Shown in pieces: positions 29,573 through 38,541 of a stretch of DNA of 64,000 nucleotides (position 1 is the stretch's first letter; each line of letters starts with the position of its first letter). The translations under genes and the position numbers were made by a program. The stretch is from positions 2,624,001 to 2,688,000 of the forward strand of contig CBDCXM010000009.1 of NCBI GenBank assembly GCA_965223855.1, written 5' to 3'. This stretch comes from Candidatus Multivoradales bacterium. GTDB taxonomy: Bacteria; Acidobacteriota; Thermoanaerobaculia; Multivoradales; JAHEKO01. The notes beneath the pieces were generated by a model, which made no database searches, was not told where the DNA came from, and saw only the letters and a list, made by a program, of their open reading frames with translations.

Positions 29573-30610
29573 TCAGGCAGTCTTGAGCTGGAGGATCTCG
29601 GCGCTCTTGACCGTCTTGACGATGCGCGCGGCGACCTTGTACGGATCCGCAGCCGAGTTCGGCCGCCGATCTTCGAGCCAGCCCTTCCAGCCCGCCTCGA
29701 CGGTGCCGATCGGGATCCGGATCGAGGCGCCACGGTCGGAGACGCCGTAGCTGAACTTGTCGATCGCCTGGGTCTCGTGGAGGCCGGTGAGCCGGAGGTG
29801 ATTGTCCGGGCCGTAGACGTCGATGTGGGCCGAGATGACGTCTGGGGTCGCTCCGAACGCCTCGCAGACCTGGTGGTAGACCGCCTCGTTGCCGCACTCG
29901 CGCAGCAGTGAGTTCGAGAAGTTCGCGTGCATGCCGGAGCCGTTCCAGTCACCGGCGATCGGCTTGCAGTGGTAGTTGATCGCCACGCCGTACTTCTCGG
30001 CGGTCCGCTCGAGCAGGTACCGCGCGACCCAGACCTGGTCGCCCGCTGCCGCCGCTCCCTTGGCGAAGGTCTGGAACTCCCACTGGCCGGCGGCGACCTC
30101 GGCGTTGATCCCCTCGATGTTGAGTCCCGCCTCGAGGCACAGGTCGAGGTGCTCTTCGACGATCTCGCGACCGAATGCGTTGGCGGCACCGACGGAGCAG
30201 TAGTACTGCCCCTGCGGGTTGGGGAAGCCGCTCGCCGGGAAGCCGAGCGGCTTGTCGGTCTCGGGATCCCACAGGAAGTACTCCTGCTCGAAGCCGAACC
30301 AGAAGTCGTTGTCGTCGTCGTCGATCGTCGCCCGGCCGTTCGAGACGTGCGCGGTGCCGTCGGCGTTGAGCACTTCGCACATCACCAGGTAGGCGTTGTT
30401 GCGGTCGGGGTCGGGGAAGATCGCGACCGGCTTGAGGAGGCAGTCCGACGAGCTGCCCTCGGCCTGCTGGGTCGAGCTGCCGTCGAACGACCAGACGGGA
30501 CACCCTTCGAGGGTGCCGTCGAAGTCGCGCTCGACCCGTGTCTTGCCGCGCAGCGACTGCATGGGGTCGTTTCCGTCCAACCAGAGGTACTCGAGTTTCG
30601 TGGCGCTCAT
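29573..30610 (-). CDS. glnII: Glutamine synthetase type II
   Basis: LEYLWLDG, WSFDGSSTQQAEG, WFGFEQEY, GINAEVAAGQWEFQ, DWNGSGMHANFS, RLTGLHET, DRGASIRIP, EDRRP; about 345 aa. Confidence 0.95.
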   Translation of the reverse strand: MSATKLEYLWLDGNDPMQSLRGKTRVERDFDGTLEGCPVWSFDGSSTQQAEGSSSDCLLKPVAIFPDPDRNNAYLVMCEVLNADGTAHVSNGRATIDDDDNDFWFGFEQEYFLWDPETDKPLGFPASGFPNPQGQYYCSVGAANAFGREIVEEHLDLCLEAGLNIEGINAEVAAGQWEFQTFAKGAAAAGDQVWVARYLLERTAEKYGVAINYHCKPIAGDWNGSGMHANFSNSLLRECGNEAVYHQVCEAFGATPDVISAHIDVYGPDNHLRLTGLHETQAIDKFSYGVSDRGASIRIPIGTVEAGWKGWLEDRRPNSAADPYKVAARIVKTVKSAEILQLKTA

Positions 30611-30721
30611 GCGGGTACAGTCCTCCCGGATAGTGGCGACGGCGCGGTCGCCAGGTGTGGTGGGGCGATCTCCATGCTCGCGGAGTATGGGACTCGCGGG
30701 GGCTTGTGTCAACCCGAAATT

Positions 30722-30755
30722 TGCAATTTGACGTCGAAACGGGCGTCAAATTGCA
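30722..30755. promoter_or_regulatory. Perfect 12-bp inverted repeat upstream of glnII (candidate operator)
   Basis: TGCAATTTGACG-N10-CGTCAAATTGCA in an AT-rich divergent intergenic region. Confidence 0.6.
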
Positions 30756-30897
30756 TGATTTGCTGCTAAAACGGCCTTGAAACAGGGGAAATTCTGCATC
30801 TTCCGGCTTCGAGGCATCCCGGCAGGAGCCTGCGGCGGCGCCCTCGAGGGAACATCGGAGTCGCAATCGCGTAGGCTATTCGAGGAGGAGGAAACCC

Positions 30898-31122
30898 ATG
30901 CTCGAAGTATGGCGCGCTCTCAAGTTCCTGTTCATCGGGCCGTGCATCCTGGCCGTGCTCTTCGTCATCGACTGGATGACCTCGCCGGGCGTCTGGTGGG
31001 TTCAGTGGGCGGCGCTCGGCATCGGCATCGCCTGGGTGATCTCGCTGGCGAAGGTCGTCATGGCGGTGATCGTCGCCGGTGGCGTCGCCGCCTTCATCGC
31101 CTACCTGCGCGGTCGGGCTTGA
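30898..31122 (+). CDS. Small membrane protein (2TM-like)
   Basis: Strong GAGGAGG RBS; hydrophobic segments with a WWVQWAALG motif. Confidence 0.75.
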   Translation: MLEVWRALKFLFIGPCILAVLFVIDWMTSPGVWWVQWAALGIGIAWVISLAKVVMAVIVAGGVAAFIAYLRGRA

Positions 31123-31165
31123 TGATCGGCGGTGACCGTCCCCTCGAGGACGATTCCGTCGGGAA

Positions 31166-33055
31166 CTAATCCGCCGGGGCGAGCTTCCAGTAGGCACCCA
31201 GCGGGCTCGAAGAAGCGACGAGCGCGCGTTCGGTGCTGGTCGCGCCGGCGAGCAGCATGCGCAGGTCGTCGATCACCGTCGGCTGCTCGGCGAAGTACGA
31301 GTGACCGAGCCCGATATCGCCCAGTAGCGAGGTGTCGACATCCGAGGCGTCGATGGTGTCGATCCCCGAGGCCACGACGATTCCCGCACTCAGGTCGCCC
31401 GCTCGCGGGTGGCCGTGCACTCCCCTGGAGGCCAGGAGCGCCTTGTCCTTCGAGGAGGCATAAAGCGTCAGCCGCTGCCCGACCCGGGTGAGGTAGGGCG
31501 CGAGGTCCTCGCGAAAGACGTCGGCGTCGATGTCGGGTGCTACGAGGGCGATCTGTGTGAAGCGGGGAGCTGGAGCAACGGAGTCGTTCGGCGTCTCGGC
31601 GGCGTAGCGCAGCAGCACCTCCGTCAGTGCCCGGTTCCCCATGCTGTGGGCGATCAGGTGAACCCGCTCCGCTCCGGACTGTTCCGCGATCCGGTCGAGG
31701 AACTCCCGCAGGTGAGGCACGGCCCACCGCACGTTGGCCTCGTCGACCGGGTATCCCGCCAGCTCCGCGCGCGACGGCCAGCTGTAGAAGACGGCCGCAC
31801 CCGGAAAGCGAAGATCGGCGGCAAGCTGGGCGGTCCTTCGCGCCGCGTCCTCGAAGCTCACGTTGTAGCCGTGGACGAAGACCAGCGCCTCGCGCTGAGG
31901 ATCGGTCGCCACCCGGCCGGCGAGCGCGCCGGCGAAGTCGCCGGAAGAGCGCGGGGTGATCGTGGCGAGAAGGACGTGCTTGGCCGGGTCCGGGGCCTCG
32001 AACCAGCCGGGGCTCTCGAGCTCCCCGACCTCGTGATCCACCGGGATCGTCACCTCACAGGTTCCGGTCTCGAGCTCACCCCGGTCGCTGCCGTAGAAGG
32101 CGGCCGGATCCTGAGCACCGGTCCGGCGCCGGCTGGTGCCGTAGAAGACCGTCACCGTTTCAAAGGTAGCGACGCCGGGGAGCGTCTGCTGGTGACTCAT
32201 CTGCTGGAACCGCGGTTCGATCGGCACGAAGGCGTCGCGGCAGATCGGATCCTGAAACAGGATGCCGGAGAACTCCCGTCGGCCGATTCCGTCGCACTCC
32301 CAGCCGACCGGAGCGCGATTCGCCTGGACGGGGGAGGTCTCCCCGAGGGTCAGGTTCTTCCCCTGGCCCGGCGGCCTTTGCGGTCCCACTTCGCAGTGAA
32401 AGCGCACCGGCAGCTCGACCGGCTGCGACCGCGCGACGCTCGTGCCGCCGGCATCGAAGAGCTCGGCCCGCAGGCTCACGCCGTTGAAAGGAACCTGGGC
32501 GAGACGCGACTCGAGCCGCTCCCGTCGCGCGAGGCGTTCGGCGACCGCCTGCTCGTCGAGCAGCGGTGACGACGGTCGTCGCAGGGCGGCGATCTCCGCG
32601 AGCACCGCGACGATGCGCGGATGGGTCTCCGGTGCCCCGACCCACGGCAGCGCCCGGGGGAGAGTCGCCGAGTAGCGATCGGCCGCGATCGGGTCGGCCC
32701 GGACGAAGTACTCCTCCGGAGGTTCGATCCCCAGCCTGGAGAAATGGAGCAGGACGGAACTGCCGGGTACGTTGCCGGTGACGGCGATCTCTACGACCCC
32801 ATTCTGCTCGAGCGGCAGGCAGTCGATGTCGGCGATGGCCACCGAGGTCGGTGGAACCAGTGTGAGTTCGAGCGCCTGCGGCGGCAGGGTAGCCACTTCG
32901 AGGAGTTCCGGCTGGAGGAGAACGACCCGACCGGAAGGCGCCTCGTCTCGAGGCTGTGCCTGGCCGGCTGCCGGATGCCACAGCAGGCACAACACGAACG
33001 CGGCGAGCCGTGATCTTCCGGCGGGCGGGTGTCGTCTTCGCGGGGGATCGGGCAT
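31166..33055 (-). CDS. Exported alpha/beta hydrolase (DUF900 esterase-like) with an unknown N-terminal domain
   Basis: VFYGTSR, VFVHGYN, YSWPS, IAHSMGN nucleophile, APDID, HSYF; start trimmed to MPDPP from a much longer spurious ORF. Confidence 0.85.
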   Translation of the reverse strand: MPDPPRRRHPPAGRSRLAAFVLCLLWHPAAGQAQPRDEAPSGRVVLLQPELLEVATLPPQALELTLVPPTSVAIADIDCLPLEQNGVVEIAVTGNVPGSSVLLHFSRLGIEPPEEYFVRADPIAADRYSATLPRALPWVGAPETHPRIVAVLAEIAALRRPSSPLLDEQAVAERLARRERLESRLAQVPFNGVSLRAELFDAGGTSVARSQPVELPVRFHCEVGPQRPPGQGKNLTLGETSPVQANRAPVGWECDGIGRREFSGILFQDPICRDAFVPIEPRFQQMSHQQTLPGVATFETVTVFYGTSRRRTGAQDPAAFYGSDRGELETGTCEVTIPVDHEVGELESPGWFEAPDPAKHVLLATITPRSSGDFAGALAGRVATDPQREALVFVHGYNVSFEDAARRTAQLAADLRFPGAAVFYSWPSRAELAGYPVDEANVRWAVPHLREFLDRIAEQSGAERVHLIAHSMGNRALTEVLLRYAAETPNDSVAPAPRFTQIALVAPDIDADVFREDLAPYLTRVGQRLTLYASSKDKALLASRGVHGHPRAGDLSAGIVVASGIDTIDASDVDTSLLGDIGLGHSYFAEQPTVIDDLRMLLAGATSTERALVASSSPLGAYWKLAPAD

Positions 33056-33199
33056 GGCTGTCTGCGTGCTCCCTTCACCGGCACCGGGGGGATCTCCCCC
33101 GCTTCGCGGGTCCGTGCCGGTACAGAAGGAGGCGCTGCTGGAGGTCGCTTCGTTACGCCACACCTCGCGCCTTCGCGCGCGTTGTATCCTCGCCCCGCC

Positions 33200-34924
33200 A
33201 TGCGCAACGGAAAGTCCCGTCGTTTCTCGTCGATCGATCGTCTGCCCGGGGTCCGGCCGACCGCAGCGGCAGCTCTGCTCCTCGCTGCTTCCGCAGCGGG
33301 CGCTCAACTTCTTCCTCCCCCGGATCCGCCGGGCAACCCGACCACGGTGGCGAAGGCGAATCTCGGCAAGGCGCTTTTCTGGGACGAGCAGCTCTCCTCG
33401 ACCCGGACCGTCGCGTGCGGCACCTGTCATCTGCCGGAGGTCGCCGGCGTCGATCCGCGCTCCCAGATCAGCCCGCTCGCCGTTCATCCGGGGGCGGACG
33501 GCGCCTTCGGTACGGACGACGATGTGCTCGGTTCTCCGGGTGTGCCGCTCACGGACGCGACCGGGACCTACCTGATGAGTCCGTCGTTCGGCCTCGTCGA
33601 GCAGGCGACGGGACGGCGCGCGAATTCGGCGCTCAACGCCGGCTATTCCGCGACCCTCTTCTGGGACGGGCGCGCTGCTGACGAGTTCCGCGATCCGATC
33701 ACCGACGTGGTGGTGCTGCCGAGCGGTGCCGCCCTGGAGTCGCAGGCGGCGGGCCCGGTCGTGAGCGACGTCGAGATGGGGCACGTGGCCCGCGACTGGG
33801 CGGAGGCGGTCGTTCGCCTCGATACGGTCGAGCCGCTCGCTCTCTCTACCGAGGTGCCGCCGGCGCTGGTCGATTGGATCGCCGGTCGCAGCTACGCCCA
33901 GCTCTTCGGCGAGGCCTTCGGCACCGAGGACGTGACGGCAGCCCGAGCGGCGATGGCGATGGCGGCCTACGAGCGGACTTTGGTGACGAACCAGAGCCCG
34001 TTCGACGACTTCCTCTCGACCGGCGGTGGCCTGACCCCGGAAGAGGTTGCCGGTCGCGGAGTGTTCCTCGCCTCGAGCTGCGACCGCTGTCACGAGTTCG
34101 AGCGTCTGACCGACGATGAGTTTCACTACACCGGGGTCCGGCCGCCCGGCGACGACGAAGGGCGCTTCGCCGTGACCGCAGACCCCGACGACCTCGGGCG
34201 CATGAAGACTCCGGGACTGCGCAACATCGAGCTTCGAAACGCCTTCATGCACAACGGGCGCTTCGAGTCTCTGGAGGACGTCGTCGATTTCTACGACCGC
34301 GGAGGCGACTTCGACGCCCCCAACAAGGATCCACTGGTGCGTGTGCTCAACCTGTCGCCGGTCGAGAAGGCGCAGCTGGTCGCGTTCCTGAGCCGCCCGC
34401 TCACCGACCCGCGCGTCGCAGCAGGTGCCGCGCCGTTCGACCGCCCGACCCTCTACAGCGAGTCCGATCGCGTACCGACGGTCGAGGGGAGCGGCATCCC
34501 GGGAGCCGGTGCTCTGGAGCCGGTGATGGTCGGGCTCGAGCCCCCGCTGCTGGGCAATCCCGGCTTCACGGTCGCCGTCTACGACGCGCTCGGCGGTGCG
34601 CCGGCGCTCCTGGTGATCGACGAAGCCGATCCCGGCCTGGTGCCGCCGTCGAGCGGAGAGCTCGCCTTCGAGGCGATCACCCTCGGTGGAGCAGGGGCGG
34701 GTGGCGGCTTCGGTTCCGCCACGGTGATGCTGCCGGCGACGCCGTCGTGGCACGGCCGTCGTTGGTTCGGCCGCTGGTACGTGACCGACCCCTCTGCGGC
34801 GGGAGGCTTCGCGGTTTCGCCCCTGCTCAGGTTCCGCACCTTCCTCGCCGGCACCGGGGGCGAGATCTTCAGCGACGGCTTCGAGAGTGGCGATACGACC
34901 TCCTGGTCGAACGTCGTCAACTGA
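33200..34924 (+). CDS. Di-heme cytochrome c peroxidase / MauG-family protein with C-terminal extension
   Basis: LGKALFWD, CGTCH, LFWDGRA, CDRCH, KTPGLRN, FMHNG; ends IFSDGFESGDTTSWSNVVN. Confidence 0.9.
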   Translation: MRNGKSRRFSSIDRLPGVRPTAAAALLLAASAAGAQLLPPPDPPGNPTTVAKANLGKALFWDEQLSSTRTVACGTCHLPEVAGVDPRSQISPLAVHPGADGAFGTDDDVLGSPGVPLTDATGTYLMSPSFGLVEQATGRRANSALNAGYSATLFWDGRAADEFRDPITDVVVLPSGAALESQAAGPVVSDVEMGHVARDWAEAVVRLDTVEPLALSTEVPPALVDWIAGRSYAQLFGEAFGTEDVTAARAAMAMAAYERTLVTNQSPFDDFLSTGGGLTPEEVAGRGVFLASSCDRCHEFERLTDDEFHYTGVRPPGDDEGRFAVTADPDDLGRMKTPGLRNIELRNAFMHNGRFESLEDVVDFYDRGGDFDAPNKDPLVRVLNLSPVEKAQLVAFLSRPLTDPRVAAGAAPFDRPTLYSESDRVPTVEGSGIPGAGALEPVMVGLEPPLLGNPGFTVAVYDALGGAPALLVIDEADPGLVPPSSGELAFEAITLGGAGAGGGFGSATVMLPATPSWHGRRWFGRWYVTDPSAAGGFAVSPLLRFRTFLAGTGGEIFSDGFESGDTTSWSNVVN

Positions 34925-34939
34925 GGGGAGACACAGAGG

Positions 34940-35590
34940 ATGCCGGGATTCACCTGCGAGGTGTGCGGGGAGCGTTTCGAGGTACCTCCCTCGGCGTTGG
35001 CGAAGTACCCCGGCTGGACGCCTCGCTATTGCCGACGCCACTCGCCGGGGAAGAAGCAGGCATCGGGCACCAAGGGCCGAAAGGCACGGGCAAGGCGCTC
35101 CACTCGTGAGGAGAATCTGACGCGCGCCGAGGTCCTGGAGCGCTACAGCGAAGGGCCGGGGAGCGGCGTCTTCACCGACGGCAGCGCCATCCCCAATCCC
35201 GGTCCGGGAGGGTGGGGGTTCGTGTGGGTCGAGGACGGAAAGATCGTGCGTGAGGGGCATGGACACGAGGCGGAGACGACCAACAACCGGATGGAGCTCG
35301 CCGCGCTCCTGGCCGCCTTCGAGGCGCTCCCGGAGGACGCCGAAACGACGGTCTACTCCGACAGCCGGTTGTGCGTCGACACCATCACTCGCTGGGCGCC
35401 CGGCTGGGAGCGCAACGGCTGGAAGCGCAAGGGATCGCCGCTCAAGAACCTCGACCTGGTGCGCCCGCTGCTCGCCATCTACCGGCGGCATCCGAGCTGC
35501 CGGCTCGAGTGGATCGCCGCACATTCTGGGTACCGCTGGAACGAGTACGCGGACTCACTGGCGACCGTCTGGCTTCGGCAAGGCGACTGA
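34940..35590 (+). CDS. rnhA: Ribonuclease HI with N-terminal zinc-ribbon-like extension
   Basis: FTDGS..NPGPGGWG, TTNNRMEL, YSDS, W..NGWK, KNLDL, W..AH.G...NE.AD. Confidence 0.9.
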   Translation: MPGFTCEVCGERFEVPPSALAKYPGWTPRYCRRHSPGKKQASGTKGRKARARRSTREENLTRAEVLERYSEGPGSGVFTDGSAIPNPGPGGWGFVWVEDGKIVREGHGHEAETTNNRMELAALLAAFEALPEDAETTVYSDSRLCVDTITRWAPGWERNGWKRKGSPLKNLDLVRPLLAIYRRHPSCRLEWIAAHSGYRWNEYADSLATVWLRQGD

Positions 35591-35638
35591 TCGAGTGGCT
35601 GCCCGGGCGGTGGGCGCGGACTGCTAGGCTCGACGTTC

Positions 35639-36154
35639 ATGGACGATCTCAAGCGGTTCATCCGGGAGGTGCCCGACTTCCCGAAGCCTGGAATCCTCTT
35701 CTACGACATCACGACCCTGCTCAAGGATCCCGGTGCTCTGCGGCAGACGGTCGATCGCTTCGTCTGGCTGTTTGCGTCGCTCGACGTCGACAAGGTGGTG
35801 GGGATCGACGCGCGCGGCTTCATTCTGGCGCCGATCGTGGCGTACAACCTGAACGCCGGCTTTGTCCCGGTGCGCAAGCCGGGCAAGCTACCGGCGGCGA
35901 CGGCCACCGAGGCCTACGATCTCGAATACGGATCCGACGAGGTCGAGGTCCACGACGACGCGATCCAGCCGGGAGAGAGGGTGCTGATCGTCGACGATCT
36001 GCTGGCGACAGGCGGCACCTCCGCGGCGACCGCTCAGCTCGTGGAGCAACTGGGAGGAGAGGTCCTCGCCCTCGGCTTTCTTTGCGAGCTGACGTTTCTC
36101 GACGGCCGGGAGCGACTCGGCGATCGGCGTATCGAGGCGCTGATCCGGTACTGA
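35639..36154 (+). CDS. apt: Adenine phosphoribosyltransferase
   Basis: PDFPKPGILFYDITT, RKPGKLP, LEYG, VLIVDDLLATGGT. Confidence 0.97.
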   Translation: MDDLKRFIREVPDFPKPGILFYDITTLLKDPGALRQTVDRFVWLFASLDVDKVVGIDARGFILAPIVAYNLNAGFVPVRKPGKLPAATATEAYDLEYGSDEVEVHDDAIQPGERVLIVDDLLATGGTSAATAQLVEQLGGEVLALGFLCELTFLDGRERLGDRRIEALIRY

Positions 36155-36157
36155 GCG

Positions 36158-36619
36158 ATGCGGATCCTCAGGATGCTGGCTGTAGGCGGCTGGGCCTTGT
36201 GGATGGGCGCCTGCTCGGCGGACACTGCGCCCCAGATCTCGCAGAAGCTCGAGCCGGTACGCCGCACCGGCACGGCGGATCTCGAGGCCGTGGACGCGGT
36301 CGAGGCGGCGCGCAAGCAGCTCGATGAGTGGGCTCAGGAGGCAGCCGCCACTCGGCGTCGCGGAGAAGACCTGGCCGGGGACGATCCGGTGATCGACGGT
36401 CGCGCAGAAGAGCAGATCGAAGTGATCTGGAGCGAAGCGACGGACGGGCGGGCGGATCCCGAGCTGCGGCAGGTCTTCGCGACTCTGGCGCTGGCCCATG
36501 AAGAGCGGCTCAGGGTTCTGGTCGGCGGCAGGAAGTTCCGCGAGAAGGCCTACACGCGTGCCGATCGCAAGACGACGGAGATCGCCTTCGGCCTGAGGCA
36601 CTGGCGCGCCCGTCGCTGA
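36158..36619 (+). CDS. Hypothetical lipoprotein
   Basis: Lipobox-like MGAC; operonic position between apt and the HD gene. Confidence 0.6.
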   Translation: MRILRMLAVGGWALWMGACSADTAPQISQKLEPVRRTGTADLEAVDAVEAARKQLDEWAQEAAATRRRGEDLAGDDPVIDGRAEEQIEVIWSEATDGRADPELRQVFATLALAHEERLRVLVGGRKFREKAYTRADRKTTEIAFGLRHWRARR

Positions 36620-36623
36620 GCCG

Positions 36624-37337
36624 ATGGTGGAGGCTTCGGCAGACCGACGACCGGCGGTCGAGGAGCTGCGGCAGCGTGTGGAAGCGGACCCGCCGCTCCA
36701 CGAGCTCGCAGAGCGAGTGGAGACGCTCTACGAGGGCGACCTGGCCGGCGACCCGGCACACGACCTGGCGCACTCGTGGCGCGTGGCCGTCTGGACCTGC
36801 CGGCTCGGCGGCGACGAGGTCGACTGGCGCCTTGCCGTGGCCGCCGCGCTGCTGCACGACATCGACAACCCGCCGAAGGACGCCCCCGAGGCCGCGACGG
36901 CGGCCGATCGCTCCGCGGCTCTCGCCCGTCGCTGGCTGCCCGAGATCGGTTTCGAGGCCGAGTCGGTCGAGGAAGTGGCGGGTGCCATCCGCGATCACAG
37001 CTACCGCCGGGGTGCTCGCCCGGCGACGCCGCTCGGCCGGGCGCTCCAGGACGCCGACCGGCTGGAGGCGCTCGGTGTGCTCGGCTGGATGCGGGCGGTC
37101 GCCTGCGGCACGCGTCTGGGATCGAGCTTCGTCGACCCGGAGGACCCCTGGGCCGGGCGCAGAGCACTCGACGACCGCCGCTACATGGTCGATCACTATT
37201 TCGTGAAGCTCGCCCGCCTCGCTCCGACCTTGTCGACCGCAGCCGGCCGTCGCGAGGCCGCCCGGCGACACGACACCCTCGCGATGCTGCTGCGGAGCCT
37301 CGGCGAAGAGCTCGAGTTCGACCCGTTTCCGGGCTAG
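36624..37337 (+). CDS. HD-domain phosphohydrolase
   Basis: AHDLAHSWRV, AALLHD, DHSY, LQDADRLEALG, DHYFVKL. Confidence 0.88.
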   Translation: MVEASADRRPAVEELRQRVEADPPLHELAERVETLYEGDLAGDPAHDLAHSWRVAVWTCRLGGDEVDWRLAVAAALLHDIDNPPKDAPEAATAADRSAALARRWLPEIGFEAESVEEVAGAIRDHSYRRGARPATPLGRALQDADRLEALGVLGWMRAVACGTRLGSSFVDPEDPWAGRRALDDRRYMVDHYFVKLARLAPTLSTAAGRREAARRHDTLAMLLRSLGEELEFDPFPG

Positions 37338-37347
37338 CCCTTTGTTC

Positions 37348-38541
37348 TCACACCGCTGCGGCCCGGCGCGGTCGGGCTCGGCGGCGATGTCGCAGCCAGA
37401 CCGACAGAGCGAGGATCGCTCCTGCCGGTACCAGCGCGCAGAGGTTCATCGCCCGCCAGCCGATCGTCGCGTGGAGCGTCCCGGACGTCGTCGCGGCGAC
37501 GGTCACGCTACCGAACACCAGCAGGTCGTTGAGACCCTGCGCGCGTGCCTTTTCCGACGGTTGCGCGACGGAAGCGACGAGCGAACTGGCTGCCACGAAG
37601 AGCAGGCTCCAGCCGACGCCGAGGGCGGCTAGGGCGAAGCGGAAGTGCCCCAGCCCTTCCCCCGCCAGATTGGTCGCGGCGCTCGCCACCAGGAGTGTGG
37701 CGCCGAGAATCATGATCGCCGTCTCCCCCCACCGCTCGACGAGCAGGCCCGCGAAGAGCGCCGGGGCGAACATTCCCACCAGGTGCCACTGAATCACCCC
37801 GGCGGTCGAGTGGAAGGCGAACCCGCGCGCTCCCATGGCGAGCGGCGTCGCGGTCATGAGCCAGCTCATGCAGGAGTAGGCGACGACACCGCCGAGGACG
37901 GCGACGACGAAGGACGGCTGTCGGGCGAGCTGTGAGAGCGATCGACCGCCGCTCGCGCTCTCCTCGGCCAACGGGCGGGGGAGGTCGATACCGGCGAGTA
38001 CGGCGAGTGCCAGCAGCTGCAGCGCAGCGAGGGCGAGGAAGCTGCCGAAGAACTCGATCTCACCGATCGCCCTGCGGGTGACGCTGGCGAGATTGGGCCC
38101 CAGGAAGGCGGCGACCAGTCCGCCGGCGAGCACCCAGGAGATCGCCCTCGGGCGCTCGTGTGTCGCCACGACGTCGGCGGCGGCGAAACGATAGAACTGA
38201 GCGACTCCGGCCAGAACTCCGAGCAGCACGGTCGCGAGGCAGAAGGCCGGGAAGCTGTCGTTCCTCAGCGCTCCGGCGGCCGTCAGTCCACCCGCTGCGC
38301 CGACGCCGAGGCCGAGAGCGAAGACGGGCCGCCGTCCCCACCGCCGCATCAGCAGCGAGGCCGGCATCGCCGTGACCGAGGCCGAGAGGAACTGCAGGCC
38401 GGCCGGCAGGGTGGCGAGACGGGGGTCGGGGGCGAGCGCCAGGCCGACCAGAGCCGAGACCGCCACCACCAGCGAGCTGCCGGTGACGAAGATCGCCTGG
38501 CAGGTTGCCAGGAGCAGGACCGTCGAGCGGCTGCGCATCAT
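37348..38541 (-). CDS. MFS transporter
   Basis: LATLP, GRR loop, YRFAAAD, MTATPLAM, WHLVGMFAP, QGLND; about 12 TM. Confidence 0.88.
   Translation of the reverse strand: MMRSRSTVLLLATCQAIFVTGSSLVVAVSALVGLALAPDPRLATLPAGLQFLSASVTAMPASLLMRRWGRRPVFALGLGVGAAGGLTAAGALRNDSFPAFCLATVLLGVLAGVAQFYRFAAADVVATHERPRAISWVLAGGLVAAFLGPNLASVTRRAIGEIEFFGSFLALAALQLLALAVLAGIDLPRPLAEESASGGRSLSQLARQPSFVVAVLGGVVAYSCMSWLMTATPLAMGARGFAFHSTAGVIQWHLVGMFAPALFAGLLVERWGETAIMILGATLLVASAATNLAGEGLGHFRFALAALGVGWSLLFVAASSLVASVAQPSEKARAQGLNDLLVFGSVTVAATTSGTLHATIGWRAMNLCALVPAGAILALSVWLRHRRRARPRRAAAV

Noticed and set aside
31166-35524. 1452-aa giant protein; likewise the 1287-aa (38538-42401), 870-aa (7919-10531) and 802-aa (37348-39756) ORFs
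   Set aside because: Only the C-terminal parts carry real domains; the extensions overlap other genuine genes, so the starts were trimmed
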